The notes below the pieces were generated by a model. The model ran no database searches and was not told the origin of the DNA. It saw nothing but the letters and a program-made list of their open reading frames with translations. A stretch of DNA of 64,000 nt from a virus (Duplodnaviria; Caudoviricetes): IMG/VR virus record IMGVR_UViG_3300042318_001133, positions 1-64,000 of that record; one strand, written 5' to 3'. Below, piece after piece: positions 46,710 to 56,038 of this stretch. Position 1 is the stretch's first letter, and every line of letters begins with the position of its first letter. Made by a program: the position numbers and the translations under genes.

Positions 46710-47636
46710 CTAAATCGATGCCGTTCCCTCCAATAAATCTCCCAATCTACTTTCTACTTGAAATTTTACAAACAAGGCATCCTGCTTACTTGCAATTTCA
46801 AGTACTTGGATAGATTTCATCGTATCATCCTTTTGAAACGTTGTTGTGAGTTGATCTATTAATTGTTGATATTGGAATGTCGCTAAATTGGATCCAACCA
46901 AAAGAGCTGCTTGAATTCCATCTCCTGGAAATTCTGGATTATCTCCCTGCCTTAATTGAGAGTTGATCTCGACGGACTGTTCAAGTGTTTTCTTTGGGGT
47001 TAGTGTTGTTAGGTCATTATTTGAAAAGGATAGTTGTCGATCAACATCTTTACCTAAAATATTTTCACCTACTAAATTATCAACAACTGAATTGATCGTC
47101 AATCCAGAATCGGTTGTTGTCAATGAAAGTACCGTTCCGCCATTTGGAGTATAATCTTCTTCACGTAAATCGTTATCAATAGCTAACTTCACCCAATCGT
47201 TATGTTGATCGTCTGAACCTGCAATGTTGAGTGCTACGTGTTCAATTGTCTGGAAATTTTGAAGTGTGTGATCAACTTGTTGAGTGGATCCGAAACCGCT
47301 CTTCGTAATGGCACTTTTCTGCCACCTACTTGAATTATCGATACTCCACAAGCTACCTCGCAGCTCTTCGATTAAATCCATTAATAGCCAAAAATCAACG
47401 CGATCAAATTTATCTCGAAAACTATTTACCACCTCATTCAATTTTGCAGACGCCTCCAATAGATCGCGCAATGCATTAAATGACGGCATGTGAGGCCTAT
47501 TTACCAGACCTCCATAATAATCTACCACTTGCGCTTGAGCTCCTTCTGAAAAATCGACATAATTTTGAAGATGATCTTGTAGAGGATATCCTGTAATCTT
47601 TTCAAACTCCTCAATAGCTTTAGTCAGTACTCCCAT
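46710..47636 (-). CDS. Baseplate wedge protein with a gp25-like C-terminal domain
   Basis: TIEHVA...WVKLAIDNDL (LysM-like) then DLTTL...LEQSVEI...GDNPEFP.DG...DDTMKSI; directly upstream of baseplate J. Confidence 0.7.
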   Translation of the reverse strand: MGVLTKAIEEFEKITGYPLQDHLQNYVDFSEGAQAQVVDYYGGLVNRPHMPSFNALRDLLEASAKLNEVVNSFRDKFDRVDFWLLMDLIEELRGSLWSIDNSSRWQKSAITKSGFGSTQQVDHTLQNFQTIEHVALNIAGSDDQHNDWVKLAIDNDLREEDYTPNGGTVLSLTTTDSGLTINSVVDNLVGENILGKDVDRQLSFSNNDLTTLTPKKTLEQSVEINSQLRQGDNPEFPGDGIQAALLVGSNLATFQYQQLIDQLTTTFQKDDTMKSIQVLEIASKQDALFVKFQVESRLGDLLEGTASI

Positions 47637-48409
47637 TACAGTTTTGGTGCTAAATTGTTTCTAATCGCAGACACTATCAAATTACCTGCCTTCGCTATAT
47701 TATCGAATGCTAAAATCTTAATAAGAGAGGTTTTTGTATCTTTCTTAATTGCATCTAAAGGCAATACTGCCTTCAGCGTTAAGTTATATTGCCATAGCAT
47801 ATTTGACGAACCCTTCTCTTGATTTAGCGTCAAATTCATCACCTCTACTACGTGATTAGCATTCAGTGCTGCATTTCGAAAGAAAAGTCTCATTGGCCTA
47901 TCTTTATCGTCTAACCCTACACTTTTATCACAAATAGCTTGCAAGATTTTGGTAGCTCCATATCCGGTCGTGATTGTTTGATTGAAGCGAGGGAATTTCT
48001 TAAATACAGTCTTCTGTTTCCAATTCATATCCTCCTTTGAAAACACTCCAGATAGGTATGAGAATTTCAATGCCGTAAAACTAACAACTGATGTACCGAC
48101 CATAAACTTTAAATGACGACCAAACGTGCCCGATAGTGAGATATCCATTGGCACGTAAACAGTAGACTTTAAAATAGATACACCTCCAGCCGTTTGCTTA
48201 ATGTTAGTAATGTGAGAACTACTATAACTCATTTGATCTGGCATAATTGGAAACACTAACGAATCTACAATACCTCCATCTGAATTTACAAGATCCAATG
48301 AACACATATAGTATTCGAAATCGTTCGGAAATAAAGCATGAGTACCAGCTCTACCTAACGATAGAACGAGATCACGATACTGTAAATATGCTAAATCGTT
48401 TTTTGCCAT
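47636..48409 (-). CDS. Baseplate/tube-initiator-like protein
   Basis: FPIMPDQMSYS, DISLSGTFG, WQYNLTLKA; synteny. Confidence 0.6.
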   Translation of the reverse strand: MAKNDLAYLQYRDLVLSLGRAGTHALFPNDFEYYMCSLDLVNSDGGIVDSLVFPIMPDQMSYSSSHITNIKQTAGGVSILKSTVYVPMDISLSGTFGRHLKFMVGTSVVSFTALKFSYLSGVFSKEDMNWKQKTVFKKFPRFNQTITTGYGATKILQAICDKSVGLDDKDRPMRLFFRNAALNANHVVEVMNLTLNQEKGSSNMLWQYNLTLKAVLPLDAIKKDTKTSLIKILAFDNIAKAGNLIVSAIRNNLAPKL

Positions 48410-49014
48410 TATTTAATATCTGTCGATTCAAGTAAAGTGTAAGTAAATGAATTGCCATGAATATCTCGAGACAATCTCATAATAGACATGAATTCGTTGA
48501 AGTCTTTTAATCGCTTGAATACTTGACATCCTTCAGACCAATTCTCAACATACTCAGATTGAGTTTTTGGATTTGATCTATGACCATTGATTCCAAACAC
48601 CCCCTCAACAACCATAGTTTCGTCAAAAACCATGTCTTTATTTTTATCTCTCCAACCTCTACAAGGTTTTACTTGACGCATTGCCTCATACTTGCCTTGG
48701 TGTAGACCAATAGCCCACATACCTCTATATTGTCCGGGCATAAGTCTAAATACTCCTGCAGGATTATGAAACTGTTTTACAGCTTTCGTTCCTGGATCTG
48801 TAGTAATATCCCATTCACGATATTCCCACTTTCCATTCTTCTTAAATGAAAGTGTTAATTTATCGTCAAATACGTTTGTTACAGCGTCTGCAAGTTTCGG
48901 ATCGTTATTACGAACACCCACTACATTTACGTCAAAACCTTTATTTGCTTCATCTGCAAAAAATACAAATCCTTTTGATTTTAATGTAGCTTCAATTTGT
49001 TCCTTTGAATACAT
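48409..49014 (-). CDS. YkuD/L,D-transpeptidase-fold protein, candidate peptidoglycan hydrolase
   Basis: TTDPG, PGQY, GINGHRS-x11-WSEGCQV (His...S-x-G-Cys catalytic pattern). Confidence 0.65.
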   Translation of the reverse strand: MYSKEQIEATLKSKGFVFFADEANKGFDVNVVGVRNNDPKLADAVTNVFDDKLTLSFKKNGKWEYREWDITTDPGTKAVKQFHNPAGVFRLMPGQYRGMWAIGLHQGKYEAMRQVKPCRGWRDKNKDMVFDETMVVEGVFGINGHRSNPKTQSEYVENWSEGCQVFKRLKDFNEFMSIMRLSRDIHGNSFTYTLLESTDIK

Positions 49015-49048
49015 AGCTTAAATTTTTAATAAAAGTACCAATTCTTTT

Positions 49049-49501
49049 TCAACTCCACGGTATAGTTACACCACTGGAATTATTGATTGCCAGTCCGGTT
49101 CGAAACCATGCATCTGTAATTGTTGCAAATAGCGCTGCACAATCATCTGCCGAGCCTCCATTTAGTCCCAAAATAGTTACCGGAACGATATTTAAAGGTA
49201 AGGGGGGAGGTGTTCCTGTAAATGTAGGAGCCATACCCAATCCCAGCTGTGTAGCGTAAGCTGTAAATGCAGCAATCAATAGAGGTATTCCATTTTGAGT
49301 ATTTGGATCTACACCCATCATAATACTTTGAAAGGCAGACTTCGCTGCCGCTGCTGTAGTACTGGGAGGTACTACTGAACTGGCATAATTATCCACAGCA
49401 GTTGCCCAATCAGACGCTGCTGCAGCTATGTCTTTTGGCATAGTTGCAGGAGTGAATATTGTCTTCAATCCTTGCTGTAATATTGAACTTACCAATGGCA
49501 T
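49049..49501 (-). CDS. Hypothetical baseplate-associated protein
   Basis: 150 aa, Ala/Thr-rich, directly after the spike gene. Confidence 0.6.
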   Translation of the reverse strand: MPLVSSILQQGLKTIFTPATMPKDIAAAASDWATAVDNYASSVVPPSTTAAAAKSAFQSIMMGVDPNTQNGIPLLIAAFTAYATQLGLGMAPTFTGTPPPLPLNIVPVTILGLNGGSADDCAALFATITDAWFRTGLAINNSSGVTIPWS

Positions 49502-50415
49502 TATTCTGTTTTTGAATACGTTGAAAGAATCTTATCTAATGAACTGCTAACGAGCGATGCAATCGCTGGTGCATTGATTGGAGTTCCTGACGGTCCAAAT
49601 GCAGTTGGTACGGTAATTGCTTTAATTTGATCGATTAAATCACTAATGAACTGTTTTGCAGTATCACCTAAAACCATAGCCTCTTTACCAGATCCCAAAT
49701 CAACCTCTTTTACTGCCTTTATTTGGATTTTTTCTTCGTTTGCGAGTATTTCATTATCAAACTCATCTTTATACGATAAGCCGGCTCCTTTGACGTATTG
49801 TATAGTAGTCTCTTTATCGTCAATAGATCTGTCTTTTATTGTTACGTTGAGAGAGTCTGTTGCCTTGAGATTGATCTTACCCAAAGCTTCAATATTAACT
49901 TGACCTTGAGTGAAGAGATTGATTTCTGCACTTTTTGCAAGATTGGTTGCTGATATATTGATCGTTCCACCAGTTGATGCTTCATTCATTACATCTAACG
50001 ATAACTCTCCCTTATCTCCTCGTCCTGAGATAGTTACATGGCCTCCGTTAAATTCTCGAATAATCTTGAATTGGTGTTCAAGTAGAGTTGTTCCTTCGTC
50101 ATATCGCTCAACCAGAGCTACGATCATTGGATTATCTTGACTTGGCAAATTTACCCATACCACTGCTGTACCTAAAGATGCTTTATCGGCTAAGTCTGCT
50201 ACAAGAGGAAATTCTAAGAAGCCCAAATCGCTCTTGTTGCAGTGTACGTTCCAAATGATTCCACCAGTCTCTGTCAATATGCCTACAGTACCGGTACGTA
50301 AGCATTTTTGAACATAGGCAGCTCGATCTGTATTGGTTGGAATAATAATATACCCAATACCTGCAGAATATTTTGGATTCGAAACTCCACGTCTCTTTAT
50401 CGCTCTATCTCTCAT
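49501..50415 (-). CDS. Baseplate central spike (gpV/gp5-like)
   Basis: N-terminal OB-like region, beta-strand repeats, C-terminal VLGD...TVPTAFGPSGTPIN. Confidence 0.7.
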   Translation of the reverse strand: MRDRAIKRRGVSNPKYSAGIGYIIIPTNTDRAAYVQKCLRTGTVGILTETGGIIWNVHCNKSDLGFLEFPLVADLADKASLGTAVVWVNLPSQDNPMIVALVERYDEGTTLLEHQFKIIREFNGGHVTISGRGDKGELSLDVMNEASTGGTINISATNLAKSAEINLFTQGQVNIEALGKINLKATDSLNVTIKDRSIDDKETTIQYVKGAGLSYKDEFDNEILANEEKIQIKAVKEVDLGSGKEAMVLGDTAKQFISDLIDQIKAITVPTAFGPSGTPINAPAIASLVSSSLDKILSTYSKTE

Positions 50416-50420
50416 GTCAA

Positions 50421-52850
50421 TTAGCCGTTATTTGATTTTTTATCCATGTATTGACGTCTCTTTTGAAAGAAAGTAAACACCTTCTCATTCACAGCACCCT
50501 TTTGTTGCAATTCTTGATTGAACTGTACATTTGCCTGTAAGCTTGTATCGTCGCCCGTTAAGTAGGTGGTAAATACACTATATATAAGTTGCAAGTCGAC
50601 AAGCTGAAAGTAGCTCATAAAAACATCTTGACCCTCATAAGATACAGTGACTCCTTTAATGTATCGCTCTACCATTCCCCTCTCTACAGTTAGTGTCGTC
50701 GTTCTGTCAATTTCACTACCAACTCTATAATTATTTGCCACTGACGTAATATAGAACATTTCTCCCGTAGCTGCATATCGGATCCACGTTCCTTTTTTAA
50801 ATCTCCTATCTCCATTGATCGTTATAGTTCCTTGTCGCGTAAATGGTAGGTACATATTCGATTCAATAAGAAAAATTAAATCATTTGCAATTTGATTGGC
50901 AACGAAATTAGTAGACTTGTTTGAATTATATGCAGAATGTGCTTCGTATGGAACGTATTGCGACTCTACAGATAACCTCTTTGCTCCGTAAACTTGGGCA
51001 TACTCTTCAAGATGAATGGTAAAAACTTCATCTTTACCAACGGCAGGACCTGCCGGCTTAATTTCATAAATTGAATAGCATGGATCGTTGCAAAAAGAAA
51101 GATTATCACCCAATACATCTATCTCTTCGATCGATAAAATGTATTCAGTAGTCCCTCCTGCTATAACTGTAGCTTCTTCCAGAGTTTTTGTCTTTTTATC
51201 TGTAGCATCTAAAGGCGCTGTTTCGGTAATGTCTGCTCGTGGCTTCAACTTCTTTTTACTCAACCTATCAGTTGTACCCGGTTCTGATTTAGGATCTGGT
51301 GCTGCAGTGATTCCGTTAAGTAGAGATTTTAAATGCTGTCCTGTAAATGGAGGCTGTCTCACGATAAACCAAAACTGATCTCCAATGGTATCGGTTGAAA
51401 ATTCAACGAAAGGCATCTGACAAAATTTGTAGAATTGATTAATCAAACTACCATCTGGATACGAGATACTGGAATCTGCAATATATCGATTTGCAACTGC
51501 ACTGTCAATCGACAGTCGAATAATTTGCCAAATTCCCTTTGCCGGTTCATCTTCAATTGAGGGTTGGAAGTTCGATACTCCTTTATCTCGACTACCCTCA
51601 AGCCTATACTTCAATACTCGTCGATCTCCATATCCAACAAACGCTTCGTCAGGAACAACAGAAATGCCTGCCACTACATTCATGATAAATTGCATTGACC
51701 ATGAAATTGATCTATATGCATATTCAGCCATGATCGGATATTTACCGTTTGCAGTCAATCGCTGCGCTAAACCTCCACTTTGATCTAATTGTGCCAATGA
51801 ATGTGCGGGAGTTGCATAAAAATAACTACCATCGTCAATAATTGCCTTTGTCAAATCTCGTCCATTTATCGTAATCTCAACGTCATTCGATTGACCATTG
51901 ACAGACATGCTTGTAGCATCTACAAGTCCGATTAAATCGTAATTATTTCCTGGAATATTTTGAGGTGTAAGGAAGAATTTATCTCCGTCTTGACGTCTTT
52001 TCTTTGATTCACCTATAAGCGTCTCAAATCGAATGAAAACCATATCGTTCGGTTGAATAAGGTGATGGAATAGAAAAATGCGACGATCTAATTCACCTAA
52101 ACGTCTTGGATCATCTGAAGAGGTCTTGTGTAGCGTTGTATTAACTATCTCTGTAGATCCACTATCTGACTTTCGATCAATCTTCCATCCATTTTTACTT
52201 CCAATTACAGGAATAGGTGCCACCGTCAATGAGAAGTTTCCTCCATTTTCAGCATTGGCCATATCACAATTCATTATGAATGCAGAAATGTCAATATACT
52301 TCCCGCCTGGACTTGGAGATTTATTTGGATCTGGATCTGTAGAAATCGCCTCATCTGTAAGTGCACGGACCCACATCCATACAGTAATGTTTGGATGAGA
52401 ATAGCGAACGCCTCCTTGGGATTTATTTACACTTCGATTCAATAACTTATATCCCGGATGTTCAAGTAATTGCTTATGTGTCGATGTAATGAATGTTTTA
52501 TAATCTTTCTGTTCAACTAATTGATTTTGACCAGTAACTGCAAGAGTTTCTTTGAATATACTTTCTTCGGGAACAGCTAAGCGTGAACCTAAAGGCAATC
52601 GAGAAGATCCATTTATTGATTCAGCAACACTACCAACATCTGCAATGTCACTTTCTTTATAAAGAGAGAAAATTCTATCTCTATTGCGAACTCCATCTAC
52701 ATCGTAATCAAGTACCATCAAGGCAGTCATTCCCGTTTTTGTTGTAGGATCGAATGGAACGACAATTCCCAAAGCACTCTCAAGTAGCTGGTCAACGTTA
52801 GTAATTTCACTATCGTTATGTGTATACCAAATGTATTTTTTATTTGCCAT
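50421..52850 (-). CDS. Baseplate hub protein (gp27-like, Twort/SPO1-type)
   Basis: 809 aa after the tape measure; GGNFSL, INGRDLTK, FVEFSTDT, QGTITINGDRRFKKGTWI. Confidence 0.7.
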   Translation of the reverse strand: MANKKYIWYTHNDSEITNVDQLLESALGIVVPFDPTTKTGMTALMVLDYDVDGVRNRDRIFSLYKESDIADVGSVAESINGSSRLPLGSRLAVPEESIFKETLAVTGQNQLVEQKDYKTFITSTHKQLLEHPGYKLLNRSVNKSQGGVRYSHPNITVWMWVRALTDEAISTDPDPNKSPSPGGKYIDISAFIMNCDMANAENGGNFSLTVAPIPVIGSKNGWKIDRKSDSGSTEIVNTTLHKTSSDDPRRLGELDRRIFLFHHLIQPNDMVFIRFETLIGESKKRRQDGDKFFLTPQNIPGNNYDLIGLVDATSMSVNGQSNDVEITINGRDLTKAIIDDGSYFYATPAHSLAQLDQSGGLAQRLTANGKYPIMAEYAYRSISWSMQFIMNVVAGISVVPDEAFVGYGDRRVLKYRLEGSRDKGVSNFQPSIEDEPAKGIWQIIRLSIDSAVANRYIADSSISYPDGSLINQFYKFCQMPFVEFSTDTIGDQFWFIVRQPPFTGQHLKSLLNGITAAPDPKSEPGTTDRLSKKKLKPRADITETAPLDATDKKTKTLEEATVIAGGTTEYILSIEEIDVLGDNLSFCNDPCYSIYEIKPAGPAVGKDEVFTIHLEEYAQVYGAKRLSVESQYVPYEAHSAYNSNKSTNFVANQIANDLIFLIESNMYLPFTRQGTITINGDRRFKKGTWIRYAATGEMFYITSVANNYRVGSEIDRTTTLTVERGMVERYIKGVTVSYEGQDVFMSYFQLVDLQLIYSVFTTYLTGDDTSLQANVQFNQELQQKGAVNEKVFTFFQKRRQYMDKKSNNG

Positions 52851-52852
52851 GA

Positions 52853-54676
52853 CTACTTTACTACACCATTATTGTTTTTACCACCAAGCGCAGATTCAAA
52901 ATCTAACAATCCTTTCGTAAAAGTACCCAGTGCACTAACTCCACTAAATAGACCGTTACTGAATGCCTCAGTTACCTTACCGAAATCTTCCATTTTATTT
53001 TCTAAATAGTCGTTAGCCATCTTACCTTTACGACCAAACCATTCATCTAAATCAGCAGTCTGTCTCTCCATCGTACCAGTATTTGCGTAAGCCTTCGCAG
53101 CAACGTCTATACCTGACCTACCTCCATCGCTTGGTAATTTTCCATGCTTAAAGTAATATCCTGCAATTTCATTGATTTGTTTTGGAGACATTCCAGGCAT
53201 TATCGCTTGAGCTTCTAACATGAATCGATCCTTATTGTCTCCAGTAGCAGATTTGGCTCGTCCTAACAATCCAGACAATACTCTCGGATCTTGAATACCC
53301 TCATCTTGCATCATTTTCAAATCCCATAAAGATGCATTTGGATTCAATTGACGCATAACTGAATATTGCGTTGCCTGAGTGTATTGATTTGCAGGTGTTC
53401 GCGTTGCTGCGTCCATTGCACTTACCATATTGGCAATCGTAGATGGATCTTTGAAAGATGAAACGTTTGCAATGCCCGCAGCTAATCGCACATTGATTCC
53501 AGAATCAATCTTACCTAAGTGGGCAGATTGTTCTTGTGTCAATCTATTGTTAATCTCCAACAATTCAGGTAACATAGACATATCTTCTCCAGGAAGAAGA
53601 GATGAAGAGAATGCACCCATAATACCTCGAATACGTTCTTCGTTATTGGAGTAAGTTGTATCATTTCTTCCAGATCTTGCTGCTGCAGCTTGTGCTCCCA
53701 TATCGAGACCTAAGCCTCGCTCAGCTTGAAGACCAAATAAAGCTTCTTGTTCGCTTGTTTTTGCCGTTCCTTGCGCTCGCACTAATGGAATGACGTATCC
53801 TTGCATAAACTCAGCTTGAGTCTTTCCGTAATTTTTTGATTTATTGTAGCCTATACCTTCCGTCCAATCTCCCGCCTCACTCATCGTTGGACCTAATGTT
53901 TGTCCAGATATGGCTGATAATGCACCAGTGGCGCGATCTAACTCTTCACCCTTTTGCATGAATTTTTGAGCAAGCATCGAAACACCCTGCCCAACTAAAG
54001 GAATCATCGCAGCCAATGAAGCAAGCATGTAGATTTCATTATCTGATCCAGCAACCTGTGCAGTTCTATTGGCTATTTGTTCAACTTTTTGACCTCTCGA
54101 TCTACGATAAGCATCATCTTCCTTCTTCGCAGTCTCATCTTCATCGCCCATCGCCTGACGTTGAACAGTTTGACGAAGCTCATCCATCTCATCGGCATTT
54201 TCAGCCAATCCACGTTGAGAGAGGTTTTCATTTGCATCTAATTGCGCCTCAACACCTTTGCGATCTTCTGAGATTTGTTGCTTTGCTGAAGATCGAACGG
54301 TATCGATCAATTCGCGCATCAAATCGAGTTGCATTTTATCCTCTTTCAACTCTAAAGAGAGTGCTTGAGCCTTTCCTGCAAATTCTTTCGTTACAGCCGC
54401 ACGACCTTTATCGTCTTTAGCTTTCGACATCGCGACAGACTTCTCTTGTTGAAGTTGAAGTTGCTGCGCTGCCGCATAAGTCTTGTTGCGTTTCTCAATT
54501 GCTCGAATCTCTTCTTCGATATATTGAACAACTTCTTTTCCTGATGTAGAGTAATTTCTCGCTTGACGAATCAAGTCACGCGTAGTCGTTTCTGCAGATG
54601 CCCTAAGGCGTTGCATCATCGACTCTACTCCATTATCTACACCGGTAAAGGTGACTCTTTTATTGCTATCTGCCAT
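52853..54676 (-). CDS. Tape measure protein
   Basis: 607 aa, helical, Ala/Gln/Glu-rich; after tube and chaperones; N-terminal KRVTFTGVDNG. Confidence 0.72.
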   Translation of the reverse strand: MADSNKRVTFTGVDNGVESMMQRLRASAETTTRDLIRQARNYSTSGKEVVQYIEEEIRAIEKRNKTYAAAQQLQLQQEKSVAMSKAKDDKGRAAVTKEFAGKAQALSLELKEDKMQLDLMRELIDTVRSSAKQQISEDRKGVEAQLDANENLSQRGLAENADEMDELRQTVQRQAMGDEDETAKKEDDAYRRSRGQKVEQIANRTAQVAGSDNEIYMLASLAAMIPLVGQGVSMLAQKFMQKGEELDRATGALSAISGQTLGPTMSEAGDWTEGIGYNKSKNYGKTQAEFMQGYVIPLVRAQGTAKTSEQEALFGLQAERGLGLDMGAQAAAARSGRNDTTYSNNEERIRGIMGAFSSSLLPGEDMSMLPELLEINNRLTQEQSAHLGKIDSGINVRLAAGIANVSSFKDPSTIANMVSAMDAATRTPANQYTQATQYSVMRQLNPNASLWDLKMMQDEGIQDPRVLSGLLGRAKSATGDNKDRFMLEAQAIMPGMSPKQINEIAGYYFKHGKLPSDGGRSGIDVAAKAYANTGTMERQTADLDEWFGRKGKMANDYLENKMEDFGKVTEAFSNGLFSGVSALGTFTKGLLDFESALGGKNNNGVVK

Positions 54677-54677
54677 T

Positions 54678-55016
54678 TTAAATCATTATATCGCCATTAT
54701 CCGCTCTTTGTACGTTTCCGATATCGAAATTATCAAATAAGTCATCAACTTCTCGATTACTCATCTTTAACGCTTTACGTTTTTTCAACCAATCACCATG
54801 TCCTGGTCGATATATCTGCTCTTCTCGCTTCTCTTTACGAAGCTCTGCATACATTAAATCTTCCTCAAATTCCAGCTTCATGTCGATGAAATTCATCGCT
54901 CGATGAGCCTCTGAATTGAATGAGACTTTGTATTTCTCACGCCACCATCGATCAATCGGATACGTTGAATTCCACCAATAAATGAAGCTCTTGACATTAA
55001 CAAGAGCTGGTTTCAT
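54678..55016 (-). CDS. Tail assembly chaperone (second)
   Basis: 112 aa; WWNSTYPIDRWWREKY; TAATG overlap with the upstream chaperone. Confidence 0.6.
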   Translation of the reverse strand: MKPALVNVKSFIYWWNSTYPIDRWWREKYKVSFNSEAHRAMNFIDMKLEFEEDLMYAELRKEKREEQIYRPGHGDWLKKRKALKMSNREVDDLFDNFDIGNVQRADNGDIMI

Positions 55017-55414
55017 TAATCTTCAGTTTCAGAGAAATCTTCCTCGATCGACTCATCGACAACATCGTCTGACTTTTCAATCGTATTCAATACCTTTTGC
55101 CATGCAACCAACCAAGGAACGAATTGATCAACATAAGCTGCTAATAATTCTTTTGCATCAAGAAGATCCATTGCCAAGATTGAAGAGGCTTTTGCATCTT
55201 TCAAAAGCTCTGGACATAGAACTGTCAAATTCGCCGTCATATCGATTAAATCAAGCGCCTTTACGGACATGAAAGTACCCACTCTCATCATATCTTGATA
55301 TGCATCTCCAGCTAACTTAGCTTTAGTTGATTCGATGTCAATAAATTGAGCTACGGTTGGAAAGTTTACTGGATAAGTGTTACCCTTTACTGTGAACGAT
55401 AAATGTCTTTGCAT
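55016..55414 (-). CDS. Tail assembly chaperone (first)
   Basis: 132 aa directly after the tube gene; acidic C-terminus. Confidence 0.65.
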   Translation of the reverse strand: MQRHLSFTVKGNTYPVNFPTVAQFIDIESTKAKLAGDAYQDMMRVGTFMSVKALDLIDMTANLTVLCPELLKDAKASSILAMDLLDAKELLAAYVDQFVPWLVAWQKVLNTIEKSDDVVDESIEEDFSETED

Positions 55415-55448
55415 TTTTACAATTTTTTAATGAATTTATGAATACAGC

Positions 55449-55480
55449 AAAGGTACGGACATTTGATAATGCCGTACCTT
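55449..55480 (-). terminator. Possible terminator after the tail tube gene
   Basis: AAGGTACGG...CCGTACCTT inverted repeat; short U-tract. Confidence 0.55.
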
Positions 55481-55506
55481 CTTTTGCACAATAAAGATTT
55501 TTAATC

Positions 55507-56010
55507 TTATACAGTATATAAGATCGGACTCATGTAGGTGAAGTCTTGATCTTTTCCAGAAATTTGACCCTCTGTAATATCAAACCCCTCTCTATCTACA
55601 AAAGCGCTATTGATTTTTGCAAACTCTTTCAATGTATCTGCCTTTACTAATCCAGTTGTAGCGTCAACTACAGGAATGCCTGCAGCGAATTGAGCAACTT
55701 TCTTATAGATAACAATATCTACTCCAGATTCCTCCAACAATACGTTATCGATATACTCTTGAGCGTTTGCAGTAACTCCTCTTGGATTTGCTCCAGGAAT
55801 TCCCGATACCTTCATGTCAATCATATAGAATTGACAGTTTAATGTACCGTTCCATTCAAGTGCCGGTAACTCTTGTGGAGTCAAAGAACCTAAACCAGAA
55901 ACACGTCCTCTTCGGATAGTTTCGGTAACACGAATATTCTTCATCTTACCAATCACCTGAGTACCCTTCATTATAACAGCCAAAGGTGCCGTCATTACTC
56001 TACTTGCCAT
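55507..56010 (-). CDS. Tail tube protein
   Basis: 167 aa directly downstream of the sheath; IGKMKNIRVTE...GLGSLTPQE...EWNGTL. Confidence 0.82.
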   Translation of the reverse strand: MASRVMTAPLAVIMKGTQVIGKMKNIRVTETIRRGRVSGLGSLTPQELPALEWNGTLNCQFYMIDMKVSGIPGANPRGVTANAQEYIDNVLLEESGVDIVIYKKVAQFAAGIPVVDATTGLVKADTLKEFAKINSAFVDREGFDITEGQISGKDQDFTYMSPILYTV

Positions 56011-56038
56011 ATCTTTTTATTTTAGAGATTCGTTAATA

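Noticed and set aside
54678-55414. Programmed ribosomal frameshift between the two tail chaperones (lambda G/GT-like)
   Set aside because: No clear X XXY YYZ slippery heptamer was seen near the end of the first ORF; the genes join by a TAATG overlap, suggesting translational coupling
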